Below are positions 1 to 13,019 of a stretch of DNA of 64,000 nucleotides, piece after piece. How positions within the stretch are numbered: position 1 is the first letter of the stretch; each line of letters opens with the position of its first letter. Source of the stretch: Azolla caroliniana (lineage: Eukaryota > Plantae > Polypodiophyta); the NCBI GenBank assembly GCA_043228905.1, contig JBHGNT010000007.1, positions 13,454,001-13,518,000 of the forward strand, in the 5' to 3' direction. The translations under genes were made by a program, and so were the position numbers. The notes under the pieces are model-generated. The model was not told the DNA's origin. It was given only the letters and a program-made list of their open reading frames with translations, and did not search any database.

Positions 1-273
1 ATATGTGTTATTTGATTTACATGGTAATTTTATCCCCTTACTCAAATTATATTTTATATTGGAGTGATTATATGGTGAGGCATCCATTTTTTCTCTCTTT
101 CAGTGATTGACCTGGGGCATTTAGGGAAATGAAGAAAAAACTGGGTGGTATTTTGGTGTTTTTCCCTTCAAATTTTGTAGTACAAAAATATAATGATATA
201 GAGTAAATGCATTGCAATACACAAAATTTTTACTACATTTGTCTTCAGGCATGTGAACATGATCTAATTGCAG

Positions 274-595
274 GATGCTGTTTTCGATTGCTTTTCTTCT
301 CCTTGTTTCTAGTGCGATCATTAATGAAAAGCGCCATGATCTGGATAATCTCTCAAGTGAGTGCATTGTTTTAAGATCTGGAGTATTTACAGGGGGGGCG
401 TTAGCTTCCTTTACTACTACTGCCCTTGGGATTGCATATAACTTGCTAGTGATCTCTATAAAAAAAGTAACTTCTTCAAGTAGATATGGTACTGACGAAA
501 ATCAAGGTCCTTCCTTTTCTGGTAAGAGGTGCTCTGCCATCGGTCAACTTTTCTTTTCAAATGAGCAACATATATGTACGGGTACACCTGCTTAA
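274..595 (+). CDS. Last exon of DUF1218 / MODIFYING WALL LIGNIN-like membrane protein (upstream exons outside or not resolved)
   Basis: Branch point CTAAT (264-268) and CAG acceptor (271-273). Translation (W)MLFSIAFLLLVSSAIINEKRHD..ECIVLRSGVFTGGALASFTTTALGIAY matches the DUF1218 C-terminal pattern W..F.IAF.LL...A..N....C.V...GVF.G.A.......LGI.Y. Confidence 0.75.
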
Positions 596-1419
596 TTTTT
601 CTCCAGTAGAATATTGTTATTATCATTATTATTATATGATTATTTGTCAAGCGTTTATTGATTGACACAGTCAAGACGGCTCAAAGTTGATCTATTTGAA
701 GAGATCAAAGAGTTCTCTATCTCCTTTGTTAAATTTCTTAGGATGTTTTTTGTTATACCTATTGTCGAAGATACTTGTCATATATAAAATGGTTTACATA
801 CATATTGCAAGTATGAGATGTCCAAGGACATGAAACATTTAGTTTATTCAAATGGTGTTTGTTTTCTGTTCATGACTTAAAATAAATGTAAATCAGCCAC
901 GTCACTTGTGATGCTATTTTTCTATGCTTAATATATGCAATTTTTTGTAAATGGAGAAATTAGGAGTAGAGTTTTTTGATTCTGCAATACAATATCATGC
1001 TAAAGGAAAAGAAAACAAAAGTATTGGGATGAAAAAAAATGAGAGGATGACCATCATGTTCACTGCTCCTGAAATTAACGAGGAAATTCATTCCCTACGA
1101 CATTGTTATATCCAACCCTAAAGAGAGATGGTTACATGCTTAGACAAGAAGAACAACTTATGGTATAATAGAACTTGAACAAAGTATGCCAACTTTTATG
1201 GAGTTTTGACCTTTCAAGGGGTCACTCACCAAAGACAACCCGTATAACGTCATCAAAGAAAACACAGATTACCATCATACAGATGTGAACGTTGCAAAGA
1301 GAATCAAATGAGAACCTGGGATGTTGAAAAATAGAAATACTATGATGTGAGTTTACGCAAGACCTTCCATGGGAGGCAGAGAGGGGAGCCAAACAAATCA
1401 CCACCGATTTAATGATTTT

Positions 1420-1730
1420 CTTGCTAATGTCCTCATTGGTTCTGATTGAGTAACTGTAGGACCTCATTGGGCAAGTCTTATCAACATATGCGTGCAACTT
1501 TGCTCTCATGTATTTCCAACTCTGCTAATGTGTAGATGCCTTGGATCCATAGACATAAATTCCTTTTCTTCAAGCTGTTAATTGATTGATCAATCTTCTG
1601 TAAGTGTTTATGACACTTCCTGAGTCATTCATCCTACCAACAATAGCATAGAGATTTGGTAATGGTTCATAAGCTAAGGCACCTCAACAATCCAACACAA
1701 GAATAAGTTGGGATACTTATTTCTCCCTAA
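1420..1730 (-). pseudogene. Degenerate tandem duplicate of the PPR gene 3' end (E-domain tail plus 3' flank)
   Basis: 1420-1730 aligns to ~1786-2095 (shared ttgctaatgtcctcattggttc, aagtcttatcaa, tttatgacactt, tgagtcattcatc, caatagcatagagattt). It encodes ..NLYAIVGRMNDS.SVIN with stops. Confidence 0.8.
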
Positions 1731-1963
1731 TGGTATGAAAAGAGGAGCTGGAGTCAAACAACAACTACCCATCTAATGACTACCTTGCTAATGTCCTCAT
1801 TGGTTCCTATCATGTGTATTCTGCTTGGTGAAGTCTTATCAATATATGATTGCCATCAGGATCTCATGCATTGCCAAATTGGTTAACTATAGAACTAACC
1901 AGTGGCATCCTAGGCATAATAAATTTCTTTCTTTCAAGCTATTAATTGATCAACCAATTTTCC

Positions 1964-4927
1964 TTAAGAGTTTATGACACTTTCTGAGTCATTCATCTTA
2001 CCGACAATAGCATAGAGATTTGATAATGCTACATAAGGTGAGGCATCTCCACAATCAAGCTCAAAAATGTGTTTGGATACTTGTTTCCCCTTATTGATAT
2101 CTTCCTGAATTCTTGAAGCACCAAGCAAAGTCATCCATGATAAATGGGTAGGTTGCATCGGCATCTCGATTAACAAGCCTTCAGCCTCATCTAGCCGTCC
2201 TGTCCTTCCAAGTATATCAACCATACAATCAAAGTGTTCCAAGGCTACAACCACAAAAGTTTCTTCAACAATACCCCTCAAGCATTGATAACCTTCCTCT
2301 ACAAACCCAACATGACTGCATGCAGTAAGAATACTACCAAAGGTATATTCATTTGGGCTTGTTGATATCTTTAGCATTTGGTCATAAAGCTGAAGAGCCT
2401 CTATGCCATGTCCATGCTGAGCACAGCCATGAATCATGATATTAAATGAAAGAACATCATGAGACGGTAGCTTTCGGAACTCCCTATGTGCATCCATCAT
2501 GCTCCCACATTTTCCATACATATTAACAAGTGCATTTCCAAGTGACACGTCAAGTTTTAAATCACTGTTTACTATCCGAGTATGTATAATCTTGCCTTGC
2601 ATCAAATCTACCTCATCCGCACATGCAGCAAGAATATTCACATAGACAGCATTATCCAGGGAAACACCTTCCATTTGCATTTGCTGGAATAACTGAAGGA
2701 CCCTGATACCTTGATTGCATTCTGCATAAATTGCAATGACTGCTGTCCATGAAATCACATCATGTTGCACTATGCTGCAAAAGACAGATTGTGCTTCCTC
2801 CAAGCTGCTATGACTATGATACATGTTAAAAAGTGGAGTGACTACCATTACATCTGACTCATATTCACTGTTCATTATACAAGTATGCATATATTTGCCT
2901 TTACAAAATGTACCCTCCACAGCACATGCTTCAAGCAACCCAACAAAAGTTACTTCATCCGGTATTTGTGATTCTCGATGCATTTGTGGCCATAACACAA
3001 GTGCCTTAGTGTCCAGCCCATGCTCAATAAAAGCTGTAATCATGACATTAAATAATATGGTATCTCGTTTGTGCATAAGTTGAAACACCGAATGGGCTCC
3101 TTCTAGATCTCCAAACTTGTTGTACATATGAACCAACCCACATACAAGGGGATCATGCAACTCATACTGGCTATAAATTACGAAAGCATGTATCAACTTC
3201 CCATCTGTGATAGCAATTCTGTTAGCACATATAGAAAGCATGGTCAGGAATGTAACCTTATCTGGTGTTATGCCTTCTCTCATCATCTGTTGAAATAATC
3301 CAACAGCATGCATATTATGACCATGTTGTTCACATGCTCCTAGCATGGCATTCCAAACGGTCACATTTCGTTGATGAATTTGATCGAACAACCCTTGTGC
3401 TGAATCCAAGCTAACACCAGCACACACTGAAAGGCTGCTCATAAGCGTTACCTTATCTGGAGGCACTCCAGCTTGTTGCATTTCTCTTAGAACTTGAATG
3501 GCTTCAGAATCATACCCATTCTGCGCATAAACCGCAATCATAGCATTCCAGGCTATTAAATCTCGCTTCAACATACCATCAAACAATTTCCGGGAATACT
3601 CTACATCACCACACCTCCCAAACATACTGAAAAGTGATGTGCTCACAACCATATCTGAGTCAAGCCCACTAGAAACCACGTATGCATGTAAAAACTTCAT
3701 ATTTGCCAAGGTTGAACAAGATGAAATTGAACAAAGAATGGTTCGAAATGTGATCTTGTCTGGGATCAAAGCTTCTTGTTGTATCTGGTTGAAACGCAGC
3801 AATGCACCCCCACCATGTGCTTGATGGGCATGGACAGCAATAACAGCATTCCATGATACAACATTTCTTTCACTTAATTTATCAAAAAGAAAATCAGACC
3901 TTGCAGGGTCACCACACTTGCCATACATAGTGATGAGAGTAGTGTGAAGAAAAATATCAGACTCTAATCCAACATTCCCAATCTGAACATGCAATCTTTT
4001 TCCCACAATTAAACCACCATAACCCACACAGGAATCTAGAACATTGAGAAATGTGACCTTGTTTGGCAAGAAAGCCAGTTGATACATATTATTGAAGAGC
4101 TGATGAGCTTCACAGTCTTTCCCTTCTTGTGAATAAGCTGCAATCATGGCATTATAAAGCACGATGTCTCGTTCTGTCAGCTTCTGGACTGCTAATTTTG
4201 CACATTCAATGCTTCCTGAATAGGCATACAAGCTAACAAGAGCTGTCCCTACGACAATATCTTCCTCCATGGACGTTGAAGCAAAGGAAGTATGCAAGAT
4301 CTTGCCTTGAAGAAGGTTCCGGAGGCTCGCATGAGCAGAAACACATCCTACAACACTATACTTATCAGGGGAAACTCCTTCAATCTGCATTTGTTGGAAA
4401 AGCTGAATAGCTTCTATGTACTGACCATGCTTCACATTGATGCCAATCATGATATTCCACGAATAAACATTCTTCCCACCTATATCAAAAAACACCTTAC
4501 GGGCATCCTCGAGGGCACAACAATTTCCATACATTTGCATGAGGATACTCATAAGGTATGTGCTACGGCCATGACAAGTGTCCATCATCACATGGACATG
4601 GAGGACCCTTCCACAAGATAAATTTTTGGTATTTCCACATTGTTGCAACATCGTGGCAAATGTAGACAAATTTATTGTTGCAGAACATCCAGATATTGTG
4701 TTGGAAGAAGTAGTAAACTTCAAATCTGAGCATATTGAAGAAAAAAGCATTGGATTTGAGAGTATTGAATCAGGCACATTCTGACTTGAGCATATTGAAG
4801 GGCAGGTCGAAAAAGGATATTGCTGATTTGAGTAAATTATCGTGGAATGCATCAAATTTGAGCATATTGAGGAGGAAACCTTTAAGTCTGAGAAAATTGA
4901 AGAAAAATGCTTCCCATTTGAGGACAT
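1964..4927 (-). CDS. PLS-class pentatricopeptide repeat protein with E domain, no DYW (putative organellar RNA editing factor), ~987 aa from first ATG
   Basis: Intronless ORF with many P/L/S motifs (NVYSWNIMI, DVISWTAVI, LVNMYGKCGSM, HFDCMVDILGRTGRLDEAE) and E motif (SWMTLLGASRI..ASPYVALSNLYA). The ORF track start at 4975 is TTG and the first in-frame ATG is at 4927. Confidence 0.93.
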   Translation of the reverse strand: MSSNGKHFSSIFSDLKVSSSICSNLMHSTIIYSNQQYPFSTCPSICSSQNVPDSILSNPMLFSSICSDLKFTTSSNTISGCSATINLSTFATMLQQCGNTKNLSCGRVLHVHVMMDTCHGRSTYLMSILMQMYGNCCALEDARKVFFDIGGKNVYSWNIMIGINVKHGQYIEAIQLFQQMQIEGVSPDKYSVVGCVSAHASLRNLLQGKILHTSFASTSMEEDIVVGTALVSLYAYSGSIECAKLAVQKLTERDIVLYNAMIAAYSQEGKDCEAHQLFNNMYQLAFLPNKVTFLNVLDSCVGYGGLIVGKRLHVQIGNVGLESDIFLHTTLITMYGKCGDPARSDFLFDKLSERNVVSWNAVIAVHAHQAHGGGALLRFNQIQQEALIPDKITFRTILCSISSCSTLANMKFLHAYVVSSGLDSDMVVSTSLFSMFGRCGDVEYSRKLFDGMLKRDLIAWNAMIAVYAQNGYDSEAIQVLREMQQAGVPPDKVTLMSSLSVCAGVSLDSAQGLFDQIHQRNVTVWNAMLGACEQHGHNMHAVGLFQQMMREGITPDKVTFLTMLSICANRIAITDGKLIHAFVIYSQYELHDPLVCGLVHMYNKFGDLEGAHSVFQLMHKRDTILFNVMITAFIEHGLDTKALVLWPQMHRESQIPDEVTFVGLLEACAVEGTFCKGKYMHTCIMNSEYESDVMVVTPLFNMYHSHSSLEEAQSVFCSIVQHDVISWTAVIAIYAECNQGIRVLQLFQQMQMEGVSLDNAVYVNILAACADEVDLMQGKIIHTRIVNSDLKLDVSLGNALVNMYGKCGSMMDAHREFRKLPSHDVLSFNIMIHGCAQHGHGIEALQLYDQMLKISTSPNEYTFGSILTACSHVGFVEEGYQCLRGIVEETFVVVALEHFDCMVDILGRTGRLDEAEGLLIEMPMQPTHLSWMTLLGASRIQEDINKGKQVSKHIFELDCGDASPYVALSNLYAIVGKMNDSESVINS

Positions 4928-5012
4928 TGAAGCAAAAACCTCCCGACTTGAACGTATTAAAGCAAAAAGTACCAAATTTGGGCATTTTGAAGCAAAACTC
5001 TTCTGGTTTTGA
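4690..5012. repeat. Degenerate 30-bp tandem repeat overlapping the PPR 5' end
   Basis: Recurrent (t)tgagcatattgaag-like units at ~30-nt period (4727, 4787, 4858, 4888, 4918, 4948, 4978), encoding SSI[CF]S..-type decapeptides. Confidence 0.7.
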
Positions 5013-7110
5013 GTAAATCGAATCAGAAATGTTCTAGCGGTTAAAGAATATGGAAGATTTTTTTATCAAATACGAGCAAGTTGAAGCAAAAAATCCTCGA
5101 AAACGATAGGATGAATCACGCGGGAACTTCAACTTAGATATGTTAAACTGAGCTCGCAAGGCACTACAAGAAACAGGATATACTGACGTGTGAGAGGAAG
5201 AGCAATAAGAAGAAGGTAATGAAAGAGGTTTATCTGTCTCTGAGAAAAATTCCGATTCGGTGCAGAAACTTCCTCGATCGCGTGCATGGCCCCATCTTCC
5301 TCAGAACGGCCTCTCCTCTTTCAAAACATAAGCTCAATTTTAAGTTACTTTAATTATCTTTACTCAGGCCAATTAACCTTGCTTAAGCTTGATTAACCTT
5401 AATTCATTATGTTCCTTTTATGGTTCTTTAACCTTACTTCCGTGCATTTAGGTAGGTTTTATTAGGTTTCTTGATCTTCATTAAACTAGTTTACACTCAA
5501 TTAACCTTATCTATGTGCACTTATGTCACGTATGTTTTTTCAACTTGATTAATCTCACATATTTTTTATTAAGCTTAATTAAAATAATTACGTTCACTCG
5601 CAATTATTAAGATTTATTATCCTTACTACATTTATTTTAGGCCTATTTTCATGGTAATTAATGCTACTTGGACTTTCTTTTGTTTGCTTACCTAATTAAA
5701 TGATGTACATTTAGTTTTCTTCCCTCAATTATTTGCATAGCTCCATCCTATCTAGGGTCTCTCATGAAAGTATCAAAACTTAGCTCGATTGAGTTAGGTT
5801 ATGCCTAGGTTAGATAAATTACCATTGTTTACCTCATCTAAGTTTAATAATTCTTAGTTAGGTTAACTTAGGGCTTGGTTGAGGATAAATAAATTTAATT
5901 CAAATAAATTATTTGGGAGATGTTCGTAACTTGCTTATGAGCTAATTAAAAAAGGATTTTGAAGGCTTGTTTTCATAATTACTGTTGAGAGATCAAGCTC
6001 AACTTAGTTTAGATAGTTACTCAACCATGTAACTTTATAGTTACCAAGATAGAATCTAGTTAGAAGTGTTGACTATAGCACCTAAAATAGGACCTTGTAC
6101 TTAAGTGGGATATTCTAGATCCTCCACTCCCAAGTACATTTAATATAGGACTTACACTTTTGTACCTATATTCTCTTCACACATGTGCACCCTTGCACAT
6201 GAGATCTATAATACCTAATTGTAGGTATTTTTGTATTTGATAATGATAATGCTAATTTAATATAGTTACTTATCCCCCCCATCTTGTGTTGTTCATAAGT
6301 GTATATTCTTCTTTGTCTTCCTCTCACACACATACACACACATATCACTTAATCTTCCGCTTAACTTAATCACATAATTATGTACTAATTAACCCGTAGT
6401 TGATCACCTAATTCTTAACAATTACCTACATAACATGGCCAAGGTGAAGGCTCCTAAACAATGCAATATTTAGAGCATAATTATGTGATTTCTTAACAAT
6501 CAACCTAATAATCATACTTAAGGAAAATATATAAGGTTGATCTTCCCAATAATTGTGATTTCTTTAACTAATATTTATTTATGTGATTAACGTAATTTAG
6601 GCTTATTAATTAAGATTAGTAATGCCTACATAAGGTTTTTTGTTTTTACAATATAAATACTAGTAGTCCTTTTTGGTGAGGTTTTTGCCAATTGAAGACA
6701 ATAATAAAGAGTTTGCCTTAAAGAGAACACGATTAAAGTTTAATGCCATATGGGGCCAGTTTTTTTCTAAGATGGAGTAGTTCTACTCTACACCAAACTA
6801 TTAGTTTCTTTTTGAGATGGAGTAGACGCTACACCAAAATATTTATTTAAGTTGATACATAGAACTTAAATAAGGGGGAGGTAGGTATCATATATGTAAA
6901 GTAATTTCTTGTACAACTCAAGTTGACTCCTTTAATACTATTGTAGTATCTTTTTTATGCAAAAAAAGAGTTGACAATAAGCGATTGGCCTAGAACCATA
7001 TGATTCCAAGCTATCCAAATACTTCAAAATGCCTAAAATCTAATCCAATGGAAAAAGTGTCATTGTTAACTAAATGATTAGGAAAGAGGTAAGTCAAACA
7101 ATTAAAAGAA

Positions 7111-7880
7111 TTTTTTTTTTCCCAAAAAAAAACTTCATCCATTAGTTATAAAATTTTACATATGAGATTAGTATATACAAATCCCTGTAGGGACACGATA
7201 GGTCCATCTTATGTGGATGCCCATCGACTCAATAAAGGAGGAGGACGACCATTGTTGGATGAAGGCTAGTCGTTGTCTTTCAACTCTATCGGAGTCACCC
7301 TTGAGGCCATCATATTGGCTCTTTAGAGTGGCTACCACTTCACTCCATATCTCTTGCATTAACACTATTGGTTGCACGGTTTGGTTGGAGAAGACTCGTC
7401 TACACCATTGTTTCCATAGAATCCAAATAGTTATTGGGCTGACCAATTCCAACACAACTTGAGATTTGACATTGATAGGAGTTGAGTGGACATTGTCGAT
7501 GGTAGAGAAAAAACCTCTTGTGCTTTTATAACCAAAGTCATCCCCTCTTTCTAATTCTCATATCTGTCAATTGGGGCCTACCATGATAGCCAACATACAT
7601 TCCCCCACTTGATTGAGCCTTGCACCTGGTATAATTGCAATAAGGAGCCAACCGCCCGCCATATTCGATGGGACTTTGGGCAGTCCCATAGAGCATGTCG
7701 TATTGATTCTACTACAGTTGGACACGCTACACAATTAGGAGAGCTGAGGTTCCCACGCTGCCATGCACCAACCAATAGTGACTTATGTATTAACAACCAT
7801 TGGAAAGTGGTGATTCAACTATTTGTGTTTGAAAATGTGACCCAAGTTGATGGATAAAGTTCTAAATGAGTCCATTACGC
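7111..7880 (-). mobile_element. 5'-truncated L1-type LINE fragment (zf-RVT C-terminus and poly(A))
   Basis: HKSLLVGAW..PNCVACPTVVESIRHALWDCPKSHRIW and ITIWILWKQWCRRVF motifs of the plant LINE ORF2 tail. T10 run at 7111-7120 is a candidate poly(A) tail on the minus strand. Confidence 0.75.
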
Positions 7881-8187
7881 ATGAATCAATATCTCATACA
7901 AAAATAATGAGCAATGATCTTTTTGTATACGTGAGATCATATTGTTCCCCGTTATTTTTCTTCTGTTTGACCAATTACTTTTTGTGAGGATAATATATAT
8001 GAAAGAATCATTTGAGTAACCATATAAACACATTTCTCATTAAGTGGGTTAAAGGTTTCTTTGGTATTAAGTGCATGGGAGATTTTTTGTAATGATTCAA
8101 GTGGATAATCGACATATCCCACTCTCTCCAATCAATGTACATTAGGGCAACCTTTTATGCAAATATATATAAAATGTTCTATAAAAC

Positions 8188-8722
8188 TTACAATTGGCAA
8201 CGGTTCGGTTTGAACCAAACATGAACCGCAAAATTGTGGCTTAACAGTTTAAACGCTTCAATTCTGTTTGGTTCAGGTTCAAGTTTTTTTTACAAGTTCG
8301 GTTTTGGTTTAGTTTGGGGGGTGAATGGTTTGGTTTGGTTTTAACGGTTAGAAACCGTTGCTTAAACGGTTTAATGGTTTTTTTTTTAATTTAAAATTTT
8401 AACTTTTTTTAAGACAATCTTTTCAATTTTTAAGCCTAATTCTCACATTAGTAGAATATTTAAAATTTTGAAAAATTAAAAATTAAAATAATGAAAAGTT
8501 TTAAAATCTTGAAATTGAATTTTGACTTAATTTGAAAACCGAAACCAAACCACAAAATTGTGGTTTTAACAATTTGGTTTAAATATCTTCAGTTCAAATG
8601 GTTTCATGGTTCAGTTCAGTTTGATTCAAGTTTAAACATTTTTAAATGGTTTGATTTCAAACCGGTCAAGTTTTGACACTCTCAAACCAAACCAAACTGA
8701 AACGAACCGTTGTTGATTGTTA
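8188..8722. mobile_element. Non-autonomous hAT-like MITE (535 bp)
   Basis: Imperfect TIRs TTACAATTGGCAACGGTTCG / CGAACCGTTGTTGATTGTTA. Perfect 8-bp TSD TATAAAAC (8180-8187, 8723-8730). Many subterminal AACCG/CGGTT motifs. Confidence 0.85.
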
Positions 8723-10057
8723 TATAAAACCATGTCTCACCTCTTGTGTCTAGTGTTCGTAATTTTTCATTCATACTTTATCTTGTCTTGATTGATTTGT
8801 AGCTTTATATGTTGATACATTGTATTTGATAACATTATGCATTATAGATCCCTCTCTCTCTTCTCTTAAACTTGCACACATATGACCAACACACAACCTA
8901 ACTATCATCATTGCATATTGTGAAAGTGTTTTTAGAATCTAAGTCATTGAACATTAGAAGAATATAAAGTATGGATAACTCACATTTGGAGACTAAGAAC
9001 ACGAACCAAGACCTTAGGAAGAAGTCAAAAGTAAAAGTAAGAGACCAAGAGAAAAGAAAAAAGAAAAAAAGTGGACCATAAAAAACAGTAAAAAAGGAAT
9101 AGTCATAACTCCTTCGTTTTTCACCCAAATATTATGTTTAAATATAGGTTAGAAAGCTTGTAATGAGAGCTATCCATATCTTTTTAAATCACTAAATTTG
9201 GAGCTTTGATGAGGGAGATATGAAGATTAGAAGGTCTCTGGGTCTTAGCTAAAAATAGGAGATAAAAAGCTTCTAAAAATAGCGTGAACGAGGAAGAAGA
9301 AGAAAATTATAATAGAGAAGGGGTCTTAATAGAGAAGGAGAAGGTCTTAGTGGAAGGAGGGGATCCTAATAGAGGAGGAGGGATCCTAATAGTGGAAGAG
9401 GAAGGGTCGGAATTGTGGGTTTGAATGATTGGTAGTAAGGTCTTTGGTTTCTTAATTGAATGTGGAGTTTATCTCCTTTGTATTGTCTTGATATTGGAAT
9501 ATCATAACAATCTTATCTCTTCCCCATCTTCTCTGTCTTTTTTCTTAATTTCTCGAGTGTCTCTCTCTAATTCGTAGATACCTTGATCTATATAATATAT
9601 TATGAGTCACAACTCCATCTAACCGGTTTGGTCAAGTCCTCATATAGTGTAAGATTACCCTTTGTCTTAAACACCCTATCACATATATACTTGATCATCG
9701 ATTTAATTATATTCTACTTACAAACATATCATTTTAGAATCCTAAGATTACTTCACTAACTTAGGAACCTAAGGGAGAAAAAGTAGCTTCTAAATGTTAT
9801 GAGTCAATTGTGTAACCATTTGGACACATGTGTTACAATGCTTTAATTACTAATAAAATAGCTTATTTAATGCTTCTAGTAATGGCACACAAATAGATGG
9901 TTCAATTTGTTCCATTATGTTAGAACAAATTGATTTGTGTGGTGCCCTAAATTGTATTACATGGATGCATTTATAAAGCATAATTGTTACAACCATAACT
10001 GCATAAACCGTGGTTATCCAATCATATGGTTAATAGGTGAGGGCTAATTCATAAAGA

Positions 10058-10340
10058 ATGAAGGGTAAATATTTAATTATTCTAAATCCTACGGTGGGAG
10101 ACAACTTTAAAGTGTTTAATCACTTGATCTCTTCTAATAAAGTGATCAAATGTGAAATACACAAAGGCCTCGGGTTTTAAGCCTATAAAAGAAGGATAAC
10201 TACCTTCATGAAGGGCTGTCTATTTACAAGTGGGAGGTAACTTTAGATTGTTTAATCACTTGACCTCGTCTAATAAAGTAGTCAAGTGTGAAATAGATAA
10301 GAGCCTATAAAAGAAGGATGACTAAATTCATGAATAGGGC
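10058..10340. repeat. ~137-bp tandem duplication, two copies
   Basis: gtgggag..aacttta..tgtttaatcacttga..tctaataaagt..tgtgaaata..gcctataaaagaaggat..ttcatgaa appears twice. Confidence 0.7.
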
Positions 10341-10796
10341 TCATGCTTTATGCTCTCAGATAATAAACTGATGATCTTGCAAAGAACGGGTGCTTGTGCA
10401 AGGAACAAGCACTCGTACAATGAACATGCACTCATGCAACAAGTGCTCCCATAATGAGTGAGCGGTAGGGCAATGAATTGATGCTTGTGCAAAAAATAGG
10501 CGATCATGCAAGGAATGAGCACTCAAAATTCCTCTCACACCCCCAAATGAGGCTTACTAGAAAGGAGAAGAAGATGAAGAGAAGTGGTACACTGTCCACT
10601 CTAACACTCAACACCTAGAAAATCTAAAATAAAGAAGGAAAAAGCCCTAAAAAAACTCTTTTAGATTTTTCTCCCCAAACCTCATCAGACATTGGAGAAG
10701 ATGATTTCCAGTTCTCCCCAAAATGCCAAAACCCCAAAAAATGATTGAACCCCAAAATAAACCCTTATCTCCTCTTCTTATAATGAGAGATGAGGC

Positions 10797-13019
10797 ATAG
10801 TATTGGTACCCCCAACACACACCATCAAGTCGAAGAAGCTGATCTGGCCGGAAACTACACCAAATAAGGCATCCAAATGGCAACATCTCTTGTCTAAACA
10901 CAACCCCGGATGGACGACAGGGGAATCGTCTCAACAAGAAGTACAGATGACTCAGGAGTAGGAGCCAATTGTGCACAAAACGGCCAAACCAATCAAAATC
11001 AAGGTGGGGTGGCAAGATAGGGACACAGACATGGACGACCTGGTCCGGAGGGTGAACCAAGAAATCGCGGAGGAAGAGGCTGAAGATGAACCGGCCGAAG
11101 CCCTTCAACGTCGCCCAAGGAAGACACAGAGTAGTAGGGGGAAGGATTAGATCCGGAGTAGGACAGTACCCCGAAGAACCGATCAACAGAGGTAGAACCT
11201 AGGATGGAAGAAGGGTTGGTAATAAGACCAGAAGCGGTGACAATAGTTCAACAAGAACCGGTTACAGAGGAACTTACCCCACTTGGTCTTCAAACATAGC
11301 AGCATGAGGAACACTGTCCGGAGCGGACACTGGAATCGCTGACCCAATGGCTCAGGAAGGAGCACGAACCAAGACCGGAGCCAGGGCAATAGTTTGCTGT
11401 CCTAACACAACATGGAACATGCCGCCAATGGTTAAAGTGGCTCCGAGAGCAAGTATCCGATGTGGCTGACCGAATGGAGGACGAGCAATGGCAAGTCAAA
11501 AGCCAGGCGGAACGGTTGCTATCCACAACTGAAAAATTAGAGAAGGCTTGGGCACAGATCCGGAGCATGGAGGAAGAGTTGAAAAGGGCCAAGGAATACG
11601 CGGTCATCATGGCTAACGTGGGCCAACAACGCGCAGTAACGGAGCCGGTGGCATCGGCTAATCTACGAAAGGAAGCTCTGGAAACGGATGCACAACCGGT
11701 GGTTCGTACAACCCCGGGAAAAGATGTCGAGTGAAAACATGAAATGGTAACCTTAAGGGAGGAATTAACCGTTCAAGAAGCATTGCAAGAGAGAGAGAGA
11801 GAGAGAGAGAGCACGCAAAAGCAGACAACCGAAGAAGAGAAGCGGAGAATAGAAGAAAATATCCAGAAAAGTCACGTAAACAACGATTGGCTGAAGGAGG
11901 AAAGACAAAAACTCTTGCAAGAGAAGGATAAGCTCCGGAGAATGGCGAAGACGGAAATAGAGAGGTTGAAAGAAGAAATCCGGAAATGGAAGGAGAGAGA
12001 GGATCGAGCGCGCTCCCAGATAAACCGCCAGCTAAAGCAGAAAACAAAGCATTTTGAAAAGTTGCACTGGAACCACAAGCAACTAGACGCCGAACATAAG
12101 AAGCTTGGAAGTTGAAAAAAATCCGGACGGAATAGGCTAAGAAAACGGAGGCGCTGGCAGACGAACAAACCAAGGCAGTTGCTATGGTGAAGGCACTCGC
12201 AGAAGCGGCAAAGGAAAAAATGGAGCTAAACAAAAAGCACTATGAAAAAGCAGAACAAGAAAAAATGGCTTTGGATAGGGTCCAAACAACCTACCAAACC
12301 CAGTTGGTGAACTATGAAGTGCAAGCTTAGGCTACTGCCGCCCTCATTAAGAAGCTGAAGGAGGACAAGCAAGGTGCGGAGGACAAGACAAATCTCGGAG
12401 TGGGACGGATCCGGGCAATGATGAAGGCATGGAAGGACTGGATAAAGAAGAATATCGATGACAACTCGGTGGGCTGGTGGACTCAATGGTCGTGACAAGC
12501 GGCGGAATTACAGGTCCTCCGAGCAGATGCAGAAAACTGGAAGAAGGTCGGCGACAACTTTTACAAGATGGATGAAGAAAGTATTGTCACCATCTGGGAG
12601 GAGTTGGTTGATGAATTCTTTTTCTTGGCTGGAGCTCAACTCGAAGCTGTATGGAGGCTGATTGAAAGACTTGATGATGATCAACTTAGAACACAACTTT
12701 AGCTTGAGCAATTCGAATGACGGAAATAAATATAAGTGATGAGGAGCATACTGCGGAACGACAACCACAACAGGAGGAGCTGCCACATAAAGCCGAAGGT
12801 GAACAACCAAGGGGAGCTAGTGCGGACCAGAACAAAGCGACTGGGTCGAAGCAACAAGTAGGAACCGGAAATGGAGAGAATGTTGGAACCAACGCAAGAA
12901 CAGAGATGGCTCACCCGGAAGAAGCCGGAGAGCAACAACAGACGTAGCAGGAGCAACAACCAACAGAAGAGCAACAATAGAAGGAAGAACCACTCGAACC
13001 CCTGGACCAGAGACTATTG
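10797..13019 (+). pseudogene. Gypsy G2: degenerate extra ORF (ORF3 homolog). Resumes at 41179 after the Copia B insertion.
   Basis: Translations match G1 ORF3 (WLKWLREQV vs WLRWVGEQI; LREELTVQEALQERERE vs LKDELTAQEALRSRERE). Removing Copia B restores ..EEPLEPLDQRLSDILNED* (G1: EEQLETLEQSILDNLGEQ*). Confidence 0.85.

Noticed and set aside
1222-1509. 95-aa minus ORF as a DYW domain for the PPR gene
   Set aside because: No HxE..CxxC or DYW motif. It overlaps the duplicated 3' flank.
4690-5012. CRISPR-like array
   Set aside because: Contiguous degenerate units without unique spacers, in eukaryotic coding context.
5330-6650. AT-rich stretch rich in TTAA/TAATT motifs upstream of the PPR gene
   Set aside because: No termini, period or ORF that I could define. 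Probably decayed repeat or promoter DNA.
8919-9755. Possible old solo LTR (TG..CA ends, ~20-bp GGGATCCTAATAG repeats at 9320-9400)
   Set aside because: No TSD, PBS or second copy in the window.
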